A stretch of 64,000 bases of DNA from Candidatus Latescibacterota bacterium (lineage in GTDB: Bacteria; Latescibacterota; UBA2968; GCA-2709665). Where the stretch lies: assembly GCA_965219995.1 (NCBI GenBank), contig CBDCOX010000002.1, positions 1,888,001 through 1,952,000 on the forward strand, given 5' to 3'. The position numbers and the translations under genes were made by a program. Below, piece after piece: positions 48,557-57,459 of this stretch. Within the stretch, counting starts at the first letter, position 1, and each line of letters starts with the position of its first letter. Below the pieces are notes generated by a model. That model saw only the letters and a list, made by a program, of their open reading frames with translations, was not told where the DNA came from and searched no databases.

Positions 48557-49866
48557 TCCATGAACAGATACCTGGCGATGAAGATCACCGCCAGGAGATC
48601 CACCAACGGGTTCACGTCATCACCACGACCTCCCAGCCGTTTGACAATGGGAAACGCGATAAACCCCAACGCAAGACCGTTCGAGATACTGAAAGTCAAC
48701 GGCATGGCGATCATCGTCAGAAAGGCCGGAAGCGCATCCGTGACCTCGTTCCACTTCACGTTCACTACCGATGCCATCATCAGCACGCCCACTACGATCA
48801 GCGCGGGCGCGGTTGCAAACGCGGGAATGGCCTCCATCAACGGCGTGAGGAAGAGCGCGAGAAGAAACATGGCGCCCGTCACCACACTTGCGAAACCGGT
48901 GCGCGCGCCGGCCGAAATGCCCGCCGCACTTTCGATATAGGTCGTCACCGTCGACGTCCCGAACAGGGAGCCGAACATCGTGCCCAATGAATCGGCCAGG
49001 AGCGCACGGTTGGCACGCGGCAGGCGGCCGCGTCTGTCCATGAATCCGGCCCTCCCGGAAACACCGACCAGTGTACCCATCGTGTCGAACAGATCCACAA
49101 ACAAAAATACCAGGACAATGCCGATGAGTCCCACGTCGAACGCGGCCGTCAGGTTGACGGCGGCGACACCGAACAATCGATCCGGCCAGGCGGGAAGACC
49201 GATGATGCCCTGGGGCGTCGACGCCACGCCCGTCACCATTCCCAGGACCGCCACCCCCAGCATTCCCAGCAATATAGCTCCCTTGACACCTCTTGCCAGC
49301 ATGACGCCCGTACCCAGCACACCCAGAAGCGTAAGCCCGACGGGACCGCTTCTGATGTCGCCCAGCGAGATCAGCGTTGCCGAATCTCCCGTTACGATTC
49401 CCGCGTTCTTCAGTCCGATAAACGCGATAAACAGCCCGATGCCGCACGCCGTCGCCTGCTTTATGGCGTCAGGTACCGCGTTGATGATGGCTTCCCTCAC
49501 ACGGATCAGCGTCAACAACGTGAACAGAATGCCGGACGCAAGAACCACCCCCAATGCCAGATCCCAGCGTACCCCCATGCCAAGTACAACCGAATACGCG
49601 AAGAAGGCGTTCAGACCCATACCGGGCGCCAGAGCAAACGGGTAATTCGCGGCGATGCCCATGATCAGCGTCGCCGTTGCCGCTGAAATGCACGTTGCGA
49701 ACAGCAACTCTCCGAAAAGATCCTTACCCAGCGCTTCCGACAACAACCCCGGATTCACTGCGATTATGTATGCCATCGTTACAAATGTCGTCAGCCCGCC
49801 AACCACTTCCGTACGGTAGGTTGTCCCCTTCTCTTCGAATCGAAAATACCTCGCAATCGCCCGCAT
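48553..49866 (-). CDS. NCS2/AzgA family nucleobase permease
   Basis: GLTTFVTMAYI, APGMGLNAFF, DLFDTMGT and YIESAAG motifs. Confidence 0.95.
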   Translation of the reverse strand: MRAIARYFRFEEKGTTYRTEVVGGLTTFVTMAYIIAVNPGLLSEALGKDLFGELLFATCISAATATLIMGIAANYPFALAPGMGLNAFFAYSVVLGMGVRWDLALGVVLASGILFTLLTLIRVREAIINAVPDAIKQATACGIGLFIAFIGLKNAGIVTGDSATLISLGDIRSGPVGLTLLGVLGTGVMLARGVKGAILLGMLGVAVLGMVTGVASTPQGIIGLPAWPDRLFGVAAVNLTAAFDVGLIGIVLVFLFVDLFDTMGTLVGVSGRAGFMDRRGRLPRANRALLADSLGTMFGSLFGTSTVTTYIESAAGISAGARTGFASVVTGAMFLLALFLTPLMEAIPAFATAPALIVVGVLMMASVVNVKWNEVTDALPAFLTMIAMPLTFSISNGLALGFIAFPIVKRLGGRGDDVNPLVDLLAVIFIARYLFMD

Positions 49867-50179
49867 TTGTCTCTCCGAATGGGATGGGTGGCTTAAGAAA
49901 GCAATTCTGCGACGGGGCCGTTCAGGGATGACGTGTCCCCATCCTCCCGCCGCAACGCAATCCGTGAATCCGTCCGCTCGCCCGCATTCTGCCTTCGCAG
50001 CGCCGGTTGACCCGCTATTGACATTTCGGACCGCATCGTCCGGGCAGTCGGCTTTAGGCTTGATTTTGAATGGAACTTATATACCTTTATCTTGGTCGGC
50101 GAACCGTCAATTCAGCGATCTACTGCCTGCGGCCGACACCTTTGAACTGACGATTCCGTGCAAACTTGGGAGCCCGGGG

Positions 50180-50944
50180 ATGTCGGAAGATATCGGATCG
50201 ATCCTCAAAAGCTGGCCGTACGATCCGCAAAACAGCATCCGTAAGGTCATCGATCCCCGCGGCGTGGAGAAGATTCAGGTCCGAGTGGACCAGGGCGCGT
50301 TCCAGGGGGTTCTGCAGATGGAACTGGACGGGCGCCCCGACGGCCAGAAACCCTACAATCAAACCTTCGTCCTGGACTACCACAAGAAACTCCTGCAGAA
50401 ACACGTGGGCGCGTCCGGATCGCCCGTGGGCTTCAATCTGGACGAGCGCGCCTGTTCCGAGATCTTCGATGAAAGCAGGCGGATATACGAGCGTTACGTC
50501 TTTCTTCTGCAGATTCGGGACTACAACCGGGTTGTGCGCGATACCGAGAGAAACATGGAAGTCTTCCGCTTCGTAAACCGATATGCGGAACGCGAGGAAG
50601 ACCGGGAAAACCTTGAAAAGTGGTGGCCGTACATACTGAGAATCCATGCCGTCGCCCGGGTGATGATTGCGACGCAGCAGGACGATTACGATACTGCACT
50701 CGATATCATCCGCGAGGCGCAGGCGAAGATCTCAGACCTCGACGGAGTTGAGGCCGAAGAGTTCGAAACAGAAAAAAAGCGGTCTCAGGACTCCCTTAAA
50801 GAACTGGAAGACGAAATACTGAGCAAACGTCCTCAAAGTCCCGCGGAGAAGCTCAGGGAGGAACTGGCTCAGGCCGTCGAGGAAGAAGATTTCGAACGCG
50901 CCGCGGCGATCCGCGACAAGATTTGGGAACTGGAAGAGAGCTAG
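50180..50944 (+). CDS. UvrB/UvrC-motif-containing hypothetical protein
   Basis: C-terminal LAQAVEEEDFERAAAIRD; N-terminal KIQVR...LQMELDGRPDG. Confidence 0.82.
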   Translation: MSEDIGSILKSWPYDPQNSIRKVIDPRGVEKIQVRVDQGAFQGVLQMELDGRPDGQKPYNQTFVLDYHKKLLQKHVGASGSPVGFNLDERACSEIFDESRRIYERYVFLLQIRDYNRVVRDTERNMEVFRFVNRYAEREEDRENLEKWWPYILRIHAVARVMIATQQDDYDTALDIIREAQAKISDLDGVEAEEFETEKKRSQDSLKELEDEILSKRPQSPAEKLREELAQAVEEEDFERAAAIRDKIWELEES

Positions 50945-51171
50945 CGCGTACCGGGGTTCCCGCAGTGATCCGGTGGACGCTTGACGTATCCGATCCGATT
51001 CGGAATTCACATGAACGCGGACGCGGCATCTTCAATAATAGTCATATACGGTGGATTCCTGCAAGATATTTGACATTCGGACGCGGGCGTTAATGGAGAT
51101 GCTTCCAGGGAATGCGTCCGAGAGCAGGGACCCGGCCGCGGGGAGAGTAACCTCGCGGGTTCAGAAACACC

Positions 51172-51200
51172 TTGACTTTTCGTTGCAAAACCAATACAAT
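51172..51200 (+). promoter_or_regulatory. sigma70 promoter of the ilvB leader
   Basis: TTGACT-N17-TACAAT. Confidence 0.75.
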
Positions 51201-51319
51201 ACCCGTCCACGAAACGGCGCTTATCCGTCGTCGCGTCGAACGCAGGGTTTGCTCCGGGTCCGGGCATTAGTACAATTCGGAAAGGCGAGGCCGTGGAGTC
51301 GTTTGAAAGGATTCCCCCA

Positions 51320-51427
51320 ATGGTTCCCAATCTGTGCGACATTCCCGTTGCAGCCATGGTCGACAGTAGCGACAACCGGATCGGCGGCCTTCTTGTATCC
51401 GTATCCAGGCGGCGGCAGGGCGCGTAG
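51320..51427 (+). CDS. putative ilv attenuator leader peptide (35 aa)
   Basis: GAAAGG RBS; translates MVPNLCDIPVAAMVDSSDNRIGGLLVSVSRRRQGA* with ATC-GGC-GGC-CTT-CTT-GTA-TCC-GTA; too short for the ORF track. Confidence 0.65.
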   Translation: MVPNLCDIPVAAMVDSSDNRIGGLLVSVSRRRQGA

Positions 51428-51455
51428 CCAGATTGGCAAATGCACGAATGCAGCC

Positions 51456-51486
51456 CGCCGTCGACGTCGATTCGACGGCGTTTTTG
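51456..51486 (+). terminator. attenuator terminator upstream of ilvB
   Basis: Stem CGCCGTCGA/TCGACGGCG followed by TTTTTG. Confidence 0.75.
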
Positions 51487-51586
51487 TTTGCCGTCTTCAC
51501 GGTTACATTTGACGGATCGCCAGCGCGTGTTTATATTGCATTAAATAATTATAAATTGGCATCTTAAATTCAGGAGTAATCGCCAG

Positions 51587-53362
51587 ATGGCAAAGCAATC
51601 CGAGCAGGTCCGCGCATCCGAAACCAACGGGCGCCCTGAACGGCAGATGGGCTTCGGTGGCGCGCCGTCGCCTCCCCCATCCCCGATGAAGGGCGCGGAT
51701 ATCCTGGTGGAAGCACTGGTCAGGGAAGGCGTCGATGTCATTTTCGGTTATCCTGGCGGCGCAAGTATGGAAATCCATCAGGCGCTCACACGATCGAGGA
51801 TCCGAAACGTTCTGTGCCGGCACGAACAGGGTGAGATATTCGCCGCGGAAGGCTTTGCCAAGGCATCCGGCAGGGTCGGCGTGTGTCTTGCCACGTCAGG
51901 ACCGGGAGCCACAAACCTGGTCACGGGATTGGCCGACGCGAAGATGGATTCCGTCCCTCTGGTCGCCATAACGGGTCAGGTGGCGACACACGTGATGGGC
52001 GGCGACGCCTTTCAGGAAACTCCGATCGTCGAGGTCACCCGGCAAATTACCAAACACAACTTTCTGATCGACCGTATCGAGGACATTCCACGCATCGTAA
52101 AGGAATCCTTCTACATCGCAAACACGGGCCGGCCCGGCCCCGTGTTGATCGACGTGCCGAAAGACGTACAGCAGGCAATGCATGTGCCGCTCTGGCCGGA
52201 CGACGTGGCCATTCGAAGCTACAATCCGCAGATCAGGGCCGACAGCGAATCCATCGATCAGGTCGTCCGCGCGATCCGGGAAGCCAAACGGCCGGTTCTT
52301 TATGTCGGCGGGGGCATCGTCGCTGCCGGCGCGGCCGGACAGCTGCGCGAGCTTGTCCGCAAGACCGATATTCCAGTCGTGCAAACACTCATGGGGCTTG
52401 GCGTTTTTCCGGAGACCCACCCGCTATCGCTCAGGATGGTTGGCATGCACGGCACCGTATACGCCAACTACGCGATCAATCACGCGGACCTGCTGCTGGC
52501 CATGGGCGTTCGGTTCGACGACCGTGTCACCGGAAAACTCGAGGAATTCTGCAAACACGGCCGAATCGTACACGTCGACATCGACCCGTCTGAAATCAAC
52601 AAAAACAAGACCGCGCACATTCCTGTGGTCAGCGACGTCAGATTCGCACTGGAGGACCTGAATAAGCACGTTGAGCCCGGAGACTACACATCGTGGCACG
52701 CCGAATTGGAAACCTGGCGACAGAAACATCCGCTCGCATACCAGGAAGCGGACGACGAAATCCTGCCCCAGCACGCCATCGACCTGCTATACCGAATGAC
52801 GGGCGGGAAGGCGGTGGTCTCAACGGGCGTGGGGCAGCATCAGATGTGGGCCGCCCAGTATTACCTGTTCGACGAACCCCGCAACTGGCTCACGTCGGGA
52901 GGGCTGGGCGCGATGGGCTTCGGCCTGCCCGCCGCACTGGGCGCGCAACTGGCCAGGCCGGACGAACTGGTCGTGAACATCGACGGCGACGGGAGCTTTG
53001 TGATGAATGTTCAGGAACTGGCCACCCTATACGTTGAGAAGCTCCCCGTCAAGACGATCGTCATCAACAACCAGCATCTGGGTATGGTGGTTCAGTGGGA
53101 AGACCGGTTCTATCAGAGCAACCGGGGGCATACGTTCATCGGCGATCCGGACGGCGGGATCCATCCCGATTTTGTCAGAATCGCAGAAGGTTTCGGGATT
53201 CCATCGGCACGTGTGGACCGAAAGAAGGATCTTCAGGGCGCCCTGGAACGCCTGCTCGACACGCCCGGACCCTATCTGCTGGACGTGATCGTTCCGTACC
53301 AGGAGCACGTCCTGCCCATGATCCCCGCCGGCCACACCTTTGCGGATATCATAACCGAATAA
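51587..53362 (+). CDS. ilvB: acetolactate synthase large subunit (biosynthetic)
   Basis: [52 protein letters not shown] and GDG motifs. Confidence 0.97.
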   Translation: MAKQSEQVRASETNGRPERQMGFGGAPSPPPSPMKGADILVEALVREGVDVIFGYPGGASMEIHQALTRSRIRNVLCRHEQGEIFAAEGFAKASGRVGVCLATSGPGATNLVTGLADAKMDSVPLVAITGQVATHVMGGDAFQETPIVEVTRQITKHNFLIDRIEDIPRIVKESFYIANTGRPGPVLIDVPKDVQQAMHVPLWPDDVAIRSYNPQIRADSESIDQVVRAIREAKRPVLYVGGGIVAAGAAGQLRELVRKTDIPVVQTLMGLGVFPETHPLSLRMVGMHGTVYANYAINHADLLLAMGVRFDDRVTGKLEEFCKHGRIVHVDIDPSEINKNKTAHIPVVSDVRFALEDLNKHVEPGDYTSWHAELETWRQKHPLAYQEADDEILPQHAIDLLYRMTGGKAVVSTGVGQHQMWAAQYYLFDEPRNWLTSGGLGAMGFGLPAALGAQLARPDELVVNIDGDGSFVMNVQELATLYVEKLPVKTIVINNQHLGMVVQWEDRFYQSNRGHTFIGDPDGGIHPDFVRIAEGFGIPSARVDRKKDLQGALERLLDTPGPYLLDVIVPYQEHVLPMIPAGHTFADIITE

Positions 53363-53383
53363 ATCCAGGCAAAGGGTTTCACC

Positions 53384-53415
53384 TCCGGATGTTGTCCTGC
53401 AACATCCGGATTTTT
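53384..53415 (+). terminator. intrinsic terminator after ilvB
   Basis: Stem TCCGGATGTTG/CAACATCCGGA followed by TTTTT. Confidence 0.85.
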
Positions 53416-53425
53416 GTGCCTTACG

Positions 53426-53454
53426 GGAACGCCGGCGGCAACGCGCATGTCTAA
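53426..53454 (+). promoter_or_regulatory. ECF (RpoE-type) promoter
   Basis: GGAACGC-N16-GTCTAA upstream of the ECF sigma gene. Confidence 0.7.
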
Positions 53455-53590
53455 AAATGTGCAAAGACGAGGTGCGTGCGGCACGCCCGGCCCCAGAGCG
53501 TTAAGGGCTGTTCTTCAAACCACTCCCGGTTGCCCGGTGCAGCCGCGATCGTTGCTGGTATGGACCCATGCCGTGTTTTCGGGAGCCCGA

Positions 53591-54181
53591 ATGGGTGAAG
53601 ACCTGGATCTGGTCAGACGCTGCCAGGAAGGAGACCATCAGGCGTATCGCACGCTGGTGGAACGGTACGAAGGGCGGATCTACAACCTTGCCTGCTCGAT
53701 TATCGGCGACAGGGAAGCCGCTCGCGATGCCGCCCAGACAGCCTTCATTCGAGCATATCAGGCGCTTCCCGGATTCCGCGCCGACGCCGGCTTCTACACC
53801 TGGCTTTACAGAATCGCCGTCAACGTCTGTCTCAATGCAGCTCAGAAAGAAAAACGCCGTCGGGATACGACCTCGCTCGACGATCTGCTGGAATCAGGAC
53901 ATTTTTCTTCGGAACACCTCTGGGAACATCGTACACCGCACGGCGATTTCGAACGGATGCAACTGCAGGATGTGATTCAGGGAGTTCTGGATCAACTCTC
54001 GCCCGACCACCGGCTTGTAATCGTCCTCAAAGATATACAAGGATTCTCACAGGAAGAAATTTCCGAAACGCTGAATTGTTCGGTCGGCACAGTCAAATCC
54101 CGTCTCTCTCGGGCACGGGCGAACCTGAGGGATTTACTCCGGCCGATATACGACGAATGGAAAGAGGGGACCGCGCCATGA
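53591..54181 (+). CDS. ECF RNA polymerase sigma factor (RpoE/SigW-like)
   Basis: Region 2 (FYTWLYRIAVN) and region 4 (EEISETLNCSVGTVKSRLSRAR). Confidence 0.95.
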   Translation: MGEDLDLVRRCQEGDHQAYRTLVERYEGRIYNLACSIIGDREAARDAAQTAFIRAYQALPGFRADAGFYTWLYRIAVNVCLNAAQKEKRRRDTTSLDDLLESGHFSSEHLWEHRTPHGDFERMQLQDVIQGVLDQLSPDHRLVIVLKDIQGFSQEEISETLNCSVGTVKSRLSRARANLRDLLRPIYDEWKEGTAP

Positions 54182-54618
54182 ATGACTCAGATGTCAGGAG
54201 CCTCTTGCCCGATTACCTGGAGTCCAATTTGTCCGCCGAACAAATGCGGGAGGTCGAGGCACATCTGGCAGTCTCGGCCGCGTGCCGGGATGAACTGGAT
54301 TATCTCAGACGCATGCAGCGCCTGCTCGCAGCCAGACCCGAATCCCCGCCGCCCGGAATCTGGCAGAGCATTGCACGGCAACTTGTCGTCGAAGACGTCG
54401 CGGAGCCGTGGCAACAGTTCGAATGGGTAGGAAAGAGGTTCCTTCCCGTCCTGGCCGCCGCGGTCCTGCTTCTTGCGGTCCTCGGCAATCTCACGACCGA
54501 AGCGCCGGCACTTACGCTGGAAGACTATTTGAATGCCCAGTGGGATGAACAGGAAACCGAAATGCTTAGCGACGCCGAACTCGCCGACGACGTCCTGAAA
54601 ATCTTGCAATCGAGGTAG
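54178..54618 (+). CDS. anti-sigma factor (zf-HC2-like, one TM helix)
   Basis: LLPDYL...HLAVSAAC, single TM segment, ATGA overlap with the sigma gene. Confidence 0.85.
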   Translation: MNDSDVRSLLPDYLESNLSAEQMREVEAHLAVSAACRDELDYLRRMQRLLAARPESPPPGIWQSIARQLVVEDVAEPWQQFEWVGKRFLPVLAAAVLLLAVLGNLTTEAPALTLEDYLNAQWDEQETEMLSDAELADDVLKILQSR

Positions 54619-54621
54619 TCC

Positions 54622-55482
54622 ATGTCCGAAAACGCAACCCGGCGCAAAGCCGTTCTGCTGGCGTTGGGCATTCTGGTGGTCGGTATAATTCTCGGCGCAA
54701 CCGGCCGGAACTGGCTTTCCGCTGTGGGCGACAGACAGACGCAGGAACCCCGGGAGCGACTTCGCATTCCACGAATGGGCGCGACGTCGGAACGCCTGTT
54801 GAAGCGATATTCCCGGCATCTGGATCTGTCCGACGCGCAGCAGGCGGAAATCGATCAGATTCTGGATCAGAGCCGGGAGCTGATGGTCGAGGTGCGGAAG
54901 AACATCGGTACGAAAATCGAAACGGTGAGGCGGGACACGTGGGCCAAGATTCGCGACGTCCTCACACCCGGTCAGCAGGAGATATTCGACGAGTTGACCA
55001 GCCCGGTATCCCCGAACATTATCCTTCGGCAGTTCAAGAGACGTCTCGACCTCAATGAGGATCAGCAGGCGGAAATCTCACGCATTCTCAAGGATAACTG
55101 GGCAGAAATGAGAAAAATGCGCCGGAAGATCCGGGAGAGGTTGAAGGAAATTCATGGAGATTCGCGCACCGAACAACTCAACCTGCTCACACCTGAACAG
55201 AGGAAACAGGCCAAGGGCAGGTGGAACCCGGATCTCTCGGGCGAGCAGCGTACGGAAATGGATCGCATCAGGAGAAAGAGTCGCGAGACAACGCGCCGGC
55301 TTTTTCAGGAACGCGACGAGCAGCTGGGTCTGGCGGTGCGGAAGACGTGGCTGGAAGTCAAGACCCGCCTCGACTCGAATCAGGTGGCGAAGTTCCAACG
55401 AATCACGGACGGTATCGAGCGGCGCATGAAGTGGGAACGGCAGTTCCGGCGCAGACCGGGCGGCAGACCTTCGGGGTTCTGA
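54622..55482 (+). CDS. Spy/CpxP-like (LTXXQ) membrane-anchored protein
   Basis: N-terminal TM; LSDAQQ, LTPGQQ, LNEDQQ and LTPEQ motifs. Confidence 0.78.
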   Translation: MSENATRRKAVLLALGILVVGIILGATGRNWLSAVGDRQTQEPRERLRIPRMGATSERLLKRYSRHLDLSDAQQAEIDQILDQSRELMVEVRKNIGTKIETVRRDTWAKIRDVLTPGQQEIFDELTSPVSPNIILRQFKRRLDLNEDQQAEISRILKDNWAEMRKMRRKIRERLKEIHGDSRTEQLNLLTPEQRKQAKGRWNPDLSGEQRTEMDRIRRKSRETTRRLFQERDEQLGLAVRKTWLEVKTRLDSNQVAKFQRITDGIERRMKWERQFRRRPGGRPSGF

Positions 55483-55490
55483 GGGACGAG

Positions 55491-55519
55491 GGAACACTCT
55501 CAGTCTGTCATCTGTCTAT
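55491..55519 (+). promoter_or_regulatory. second ECF-type promoter
   Basis: GGAACAC-N16-GTCTAT, same geometry as the promoter at 53426. Confidence 0.65.
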
Positions 55520-55636
55520 AGCGTAAAGCCCCTCCGAATGGACGGCCGGACTGCAGCCGGTCACAACGGGGCTCGTCACGTGCGGGCAACCGCCCCAATG
55601 AACAGCAAGCCGGGTTAACGGAAAGGAGAAACAACC

Positions 55637-56152
55637 ATGAAACGTCTCGCCATCATCGCGGCCGTCGTCATTCCAATCCTTGTCATCGCCTGGGTTCTGC
55701 CCACAAACGCACATCGGGGCAAACGAGGCTGGAAGGGCGGGAAGGCGTCAATGGCGGCCCTGGAGCTGACTGCGGAACAGAGAACCAGGATGGAAAGTCT
55801 CAAACTGGCGCAGGCCAAACAGATGGCTCGACTGCGCGCCGATCTGAAGGTCGCCAGACTGGACCTCCGGGCCGCGATGAGGAAGGACGAGCCAGATGCT
55901 GCCGACGTCAAAGCGAGCGTCGCAGCCGTAAATGGCGCCCGATCCCTGATTCTGGAAAGCCGCGTCAACCACCGCCTCAAGGTCAACAGCATCCTGACAC
56001 CGGAGCAGCGGACCAAGCTTCGTGAATTGCGAAGCGATCGATCCAGGAAGGGGTGGGGCAAGATGTGGCGTAAGGGACGCTACCATAAGCGTTTTCGAGG
56101 AATGGGAGAAAAACGCCCCGACGGCGCCGACAGCCGCCCGTCTTCAATCTGA
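55637..56152 (+). CDS. Spy/CpxP/ZraP family periplasmic protein
   Basis: AAGGAG RBS, signal peptide, LELTAEQ and ILTPEQ motifs. Confidence 0.85.
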   Translation: MKRLAIIAAVVIPILVIAWVLPTNAHRGKRGWKGGKASMAALELTAEQRTRMESLKLAQAKQMARLRADLKVARLDLRAAMRKDEPDAADVKASVAAVNGARSLILESRVNHRLKVNSILTPEQRTKLRELRSDRSRKGWGKMWRKGRYHKRFRGMGEKRPDGADSRPSSI

Positions 56153-56183
56153 CTGAGTCTGCCGGGATAGAGAGGTTGTAGAA

Positions 56184-57236
56184 ATGTCGTTTCGAAGTTT
56201 TGCCATCGCATCCGTCGCTGCCTCCGTTACACTCCTGGGATGCGGGAACAAGATCCCCGTCGAGTCGCCGACCGGGTCCGGTTCCAACGAAGGCGCAATT
56301 CAGGCCTCAAAGGCATCCACGGACGAGATCAGCTCCAAACTGTATGACGAACGCTCCGACAAGTCCGGGTTCGGCCACCACGGAGGACGGAAATTATCCA
56401 TTGACGCGCTGACCGACTCCCTGGGCCTGAGTGACGAACAGGTTTCAGCGCTTGAGGAACTGAACGAATCCTACGCCGCGGACGTCAAAGCAGCGATCGA
56501 AAGTGCCAAAGCATCCGGCGATCGCAGGGAGCTTCGTGCGAAGTTGCGGGAACTGAGAGAGGAGTATGAGGACGACTTCAACGACATCCTGACGGAAGAG
56601 CAACAAACCCGACTCGAGGAAATCAGGGCCAATGCGGCCGCCCGAAGGAAAGACCGGGGGTGGGAAAATACCATCGCCGCACTCACCGACTCGCTGGGCC
56701 TGAGCGACGAACAGGTGACGGACCTCAATGAATTGTATGAGGACTACCAGGCAGACGTCAAGGCCGCCATGGAAGACGCCGGGGAGTCAGGCGACCGTTC
56801 AGAACTCCGGACCAGCCTGAAGGAATTGAGACAGGCGTTCGAGGACGACTTCAACGATGTCCTGACGGACGAGCAACAGACCCGACTCGAGGAAATCAGG
56901 GCCAACGCGGCCGCCCGAAAGAAGGACCGGGGGTGGGAGAATTATATCGCCACGCTCACTGACTCCCTGGGCCTGAGCGACGAACAGATCGCGGACCTCA
57001 ACGAATTGTATGAAGACTATGAGGCCGACGTCAAAGCCGCGATCGACAGCGCTCAGGAATCGGATGACCGCTCAGGGCTCAAGGAGAAGTTGCAAGAGCT
57101 GAGAGAGGATTTCGCGGATGACTTCAATGCCGTCCTTACCGATGAGCAGAAGGAGAAGCTGGACGAGATGAAATCCGAGGGACGCAAAAGAAAGGGGAAG
57201 GGCCGCCGACACGGCCACAAAGGCAGAAAAGGATAG
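56184..57236 (+). CDS. Spy/CpxP-like lipoprotein with three tandem repeats
   Basis: LLG-C lipobox; three 91-aa units LTDSLGLSDEQ...FNxxLTxEQ. Confidence 0.85.
   Translation: MSFRSFAIASVAASVTLLGCGNKIPVESPTGSGSNEGAIQASKASTDEISSKLYDERSDKSGFGHHGGRKLSIDALTDSLGLSDEQVSALEELNESYAADVKAAIESAKASGDRRELRAKLRELREEYEDDFNDILTEEQQTRLEEIRANAAARRKDRGWENTIAALTDSLGLSDEQVTDLNELYEDYQADVKAAMEDAGESGDRSELRTSLKELRQAFEDDFNDVLTDEQQTRLEEIRANAAARKKDRGWENYIATLTDSLGLSDEQIADLNELYEDYEADVKAAIDSAQESDDRSGLKEKLQELREDFADDFNAVLTDEQKEKLDEMKSEGRKRKGKGRRHGHKGRKG
56410..57175 (+). repeat. intragenic tandem repeat, 273-bp period, 3 copies
   Basis: CTGGGCCTGAG(T/C)GACGAACAG recurs at 56421, 56694 and 56967. Confidence 0.9.
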
Positions 57237-57279
57237 GACTCCTATAGTCCATCGGAGCGTCGCACCATCGTTTCAAAAC

Positions 57280-57317
57280 GACCCGCCGTCGATCCTCGTC
57301 GACGGCGGGTCTTCTTC
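57280..57317. terminator. intrinsic terminator between convergent genes
   Basis: 13-bp stem GACCCGCCGTCGA/TCGACGGCGGGTC. Confidence 0.75.
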
Positions 57318-57459
57318 ATCACGTTACCCTTGCCCGTGGCTTCAGATCGCCATTCGCAAACAACTCCTGAAATTCATGTCGGATTGTGCCCACATGCCAA
57401 GCTATGGACGACCTGGGTCCGTGAGCCGCACGGCGCCGCGACCTGTCTCCACCGACAGG

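Noticed and set aside
49867-50100. Purine riboswitch upstream of the NCS2 permease
   Set aside because: The reverse complement lacks the conserved purine aptamer core sequences.
56410-57175. CRISPR array
   Set aside because: The repeats are 273-bp in-frame coding units without unique spacers, and there are no cas genes.
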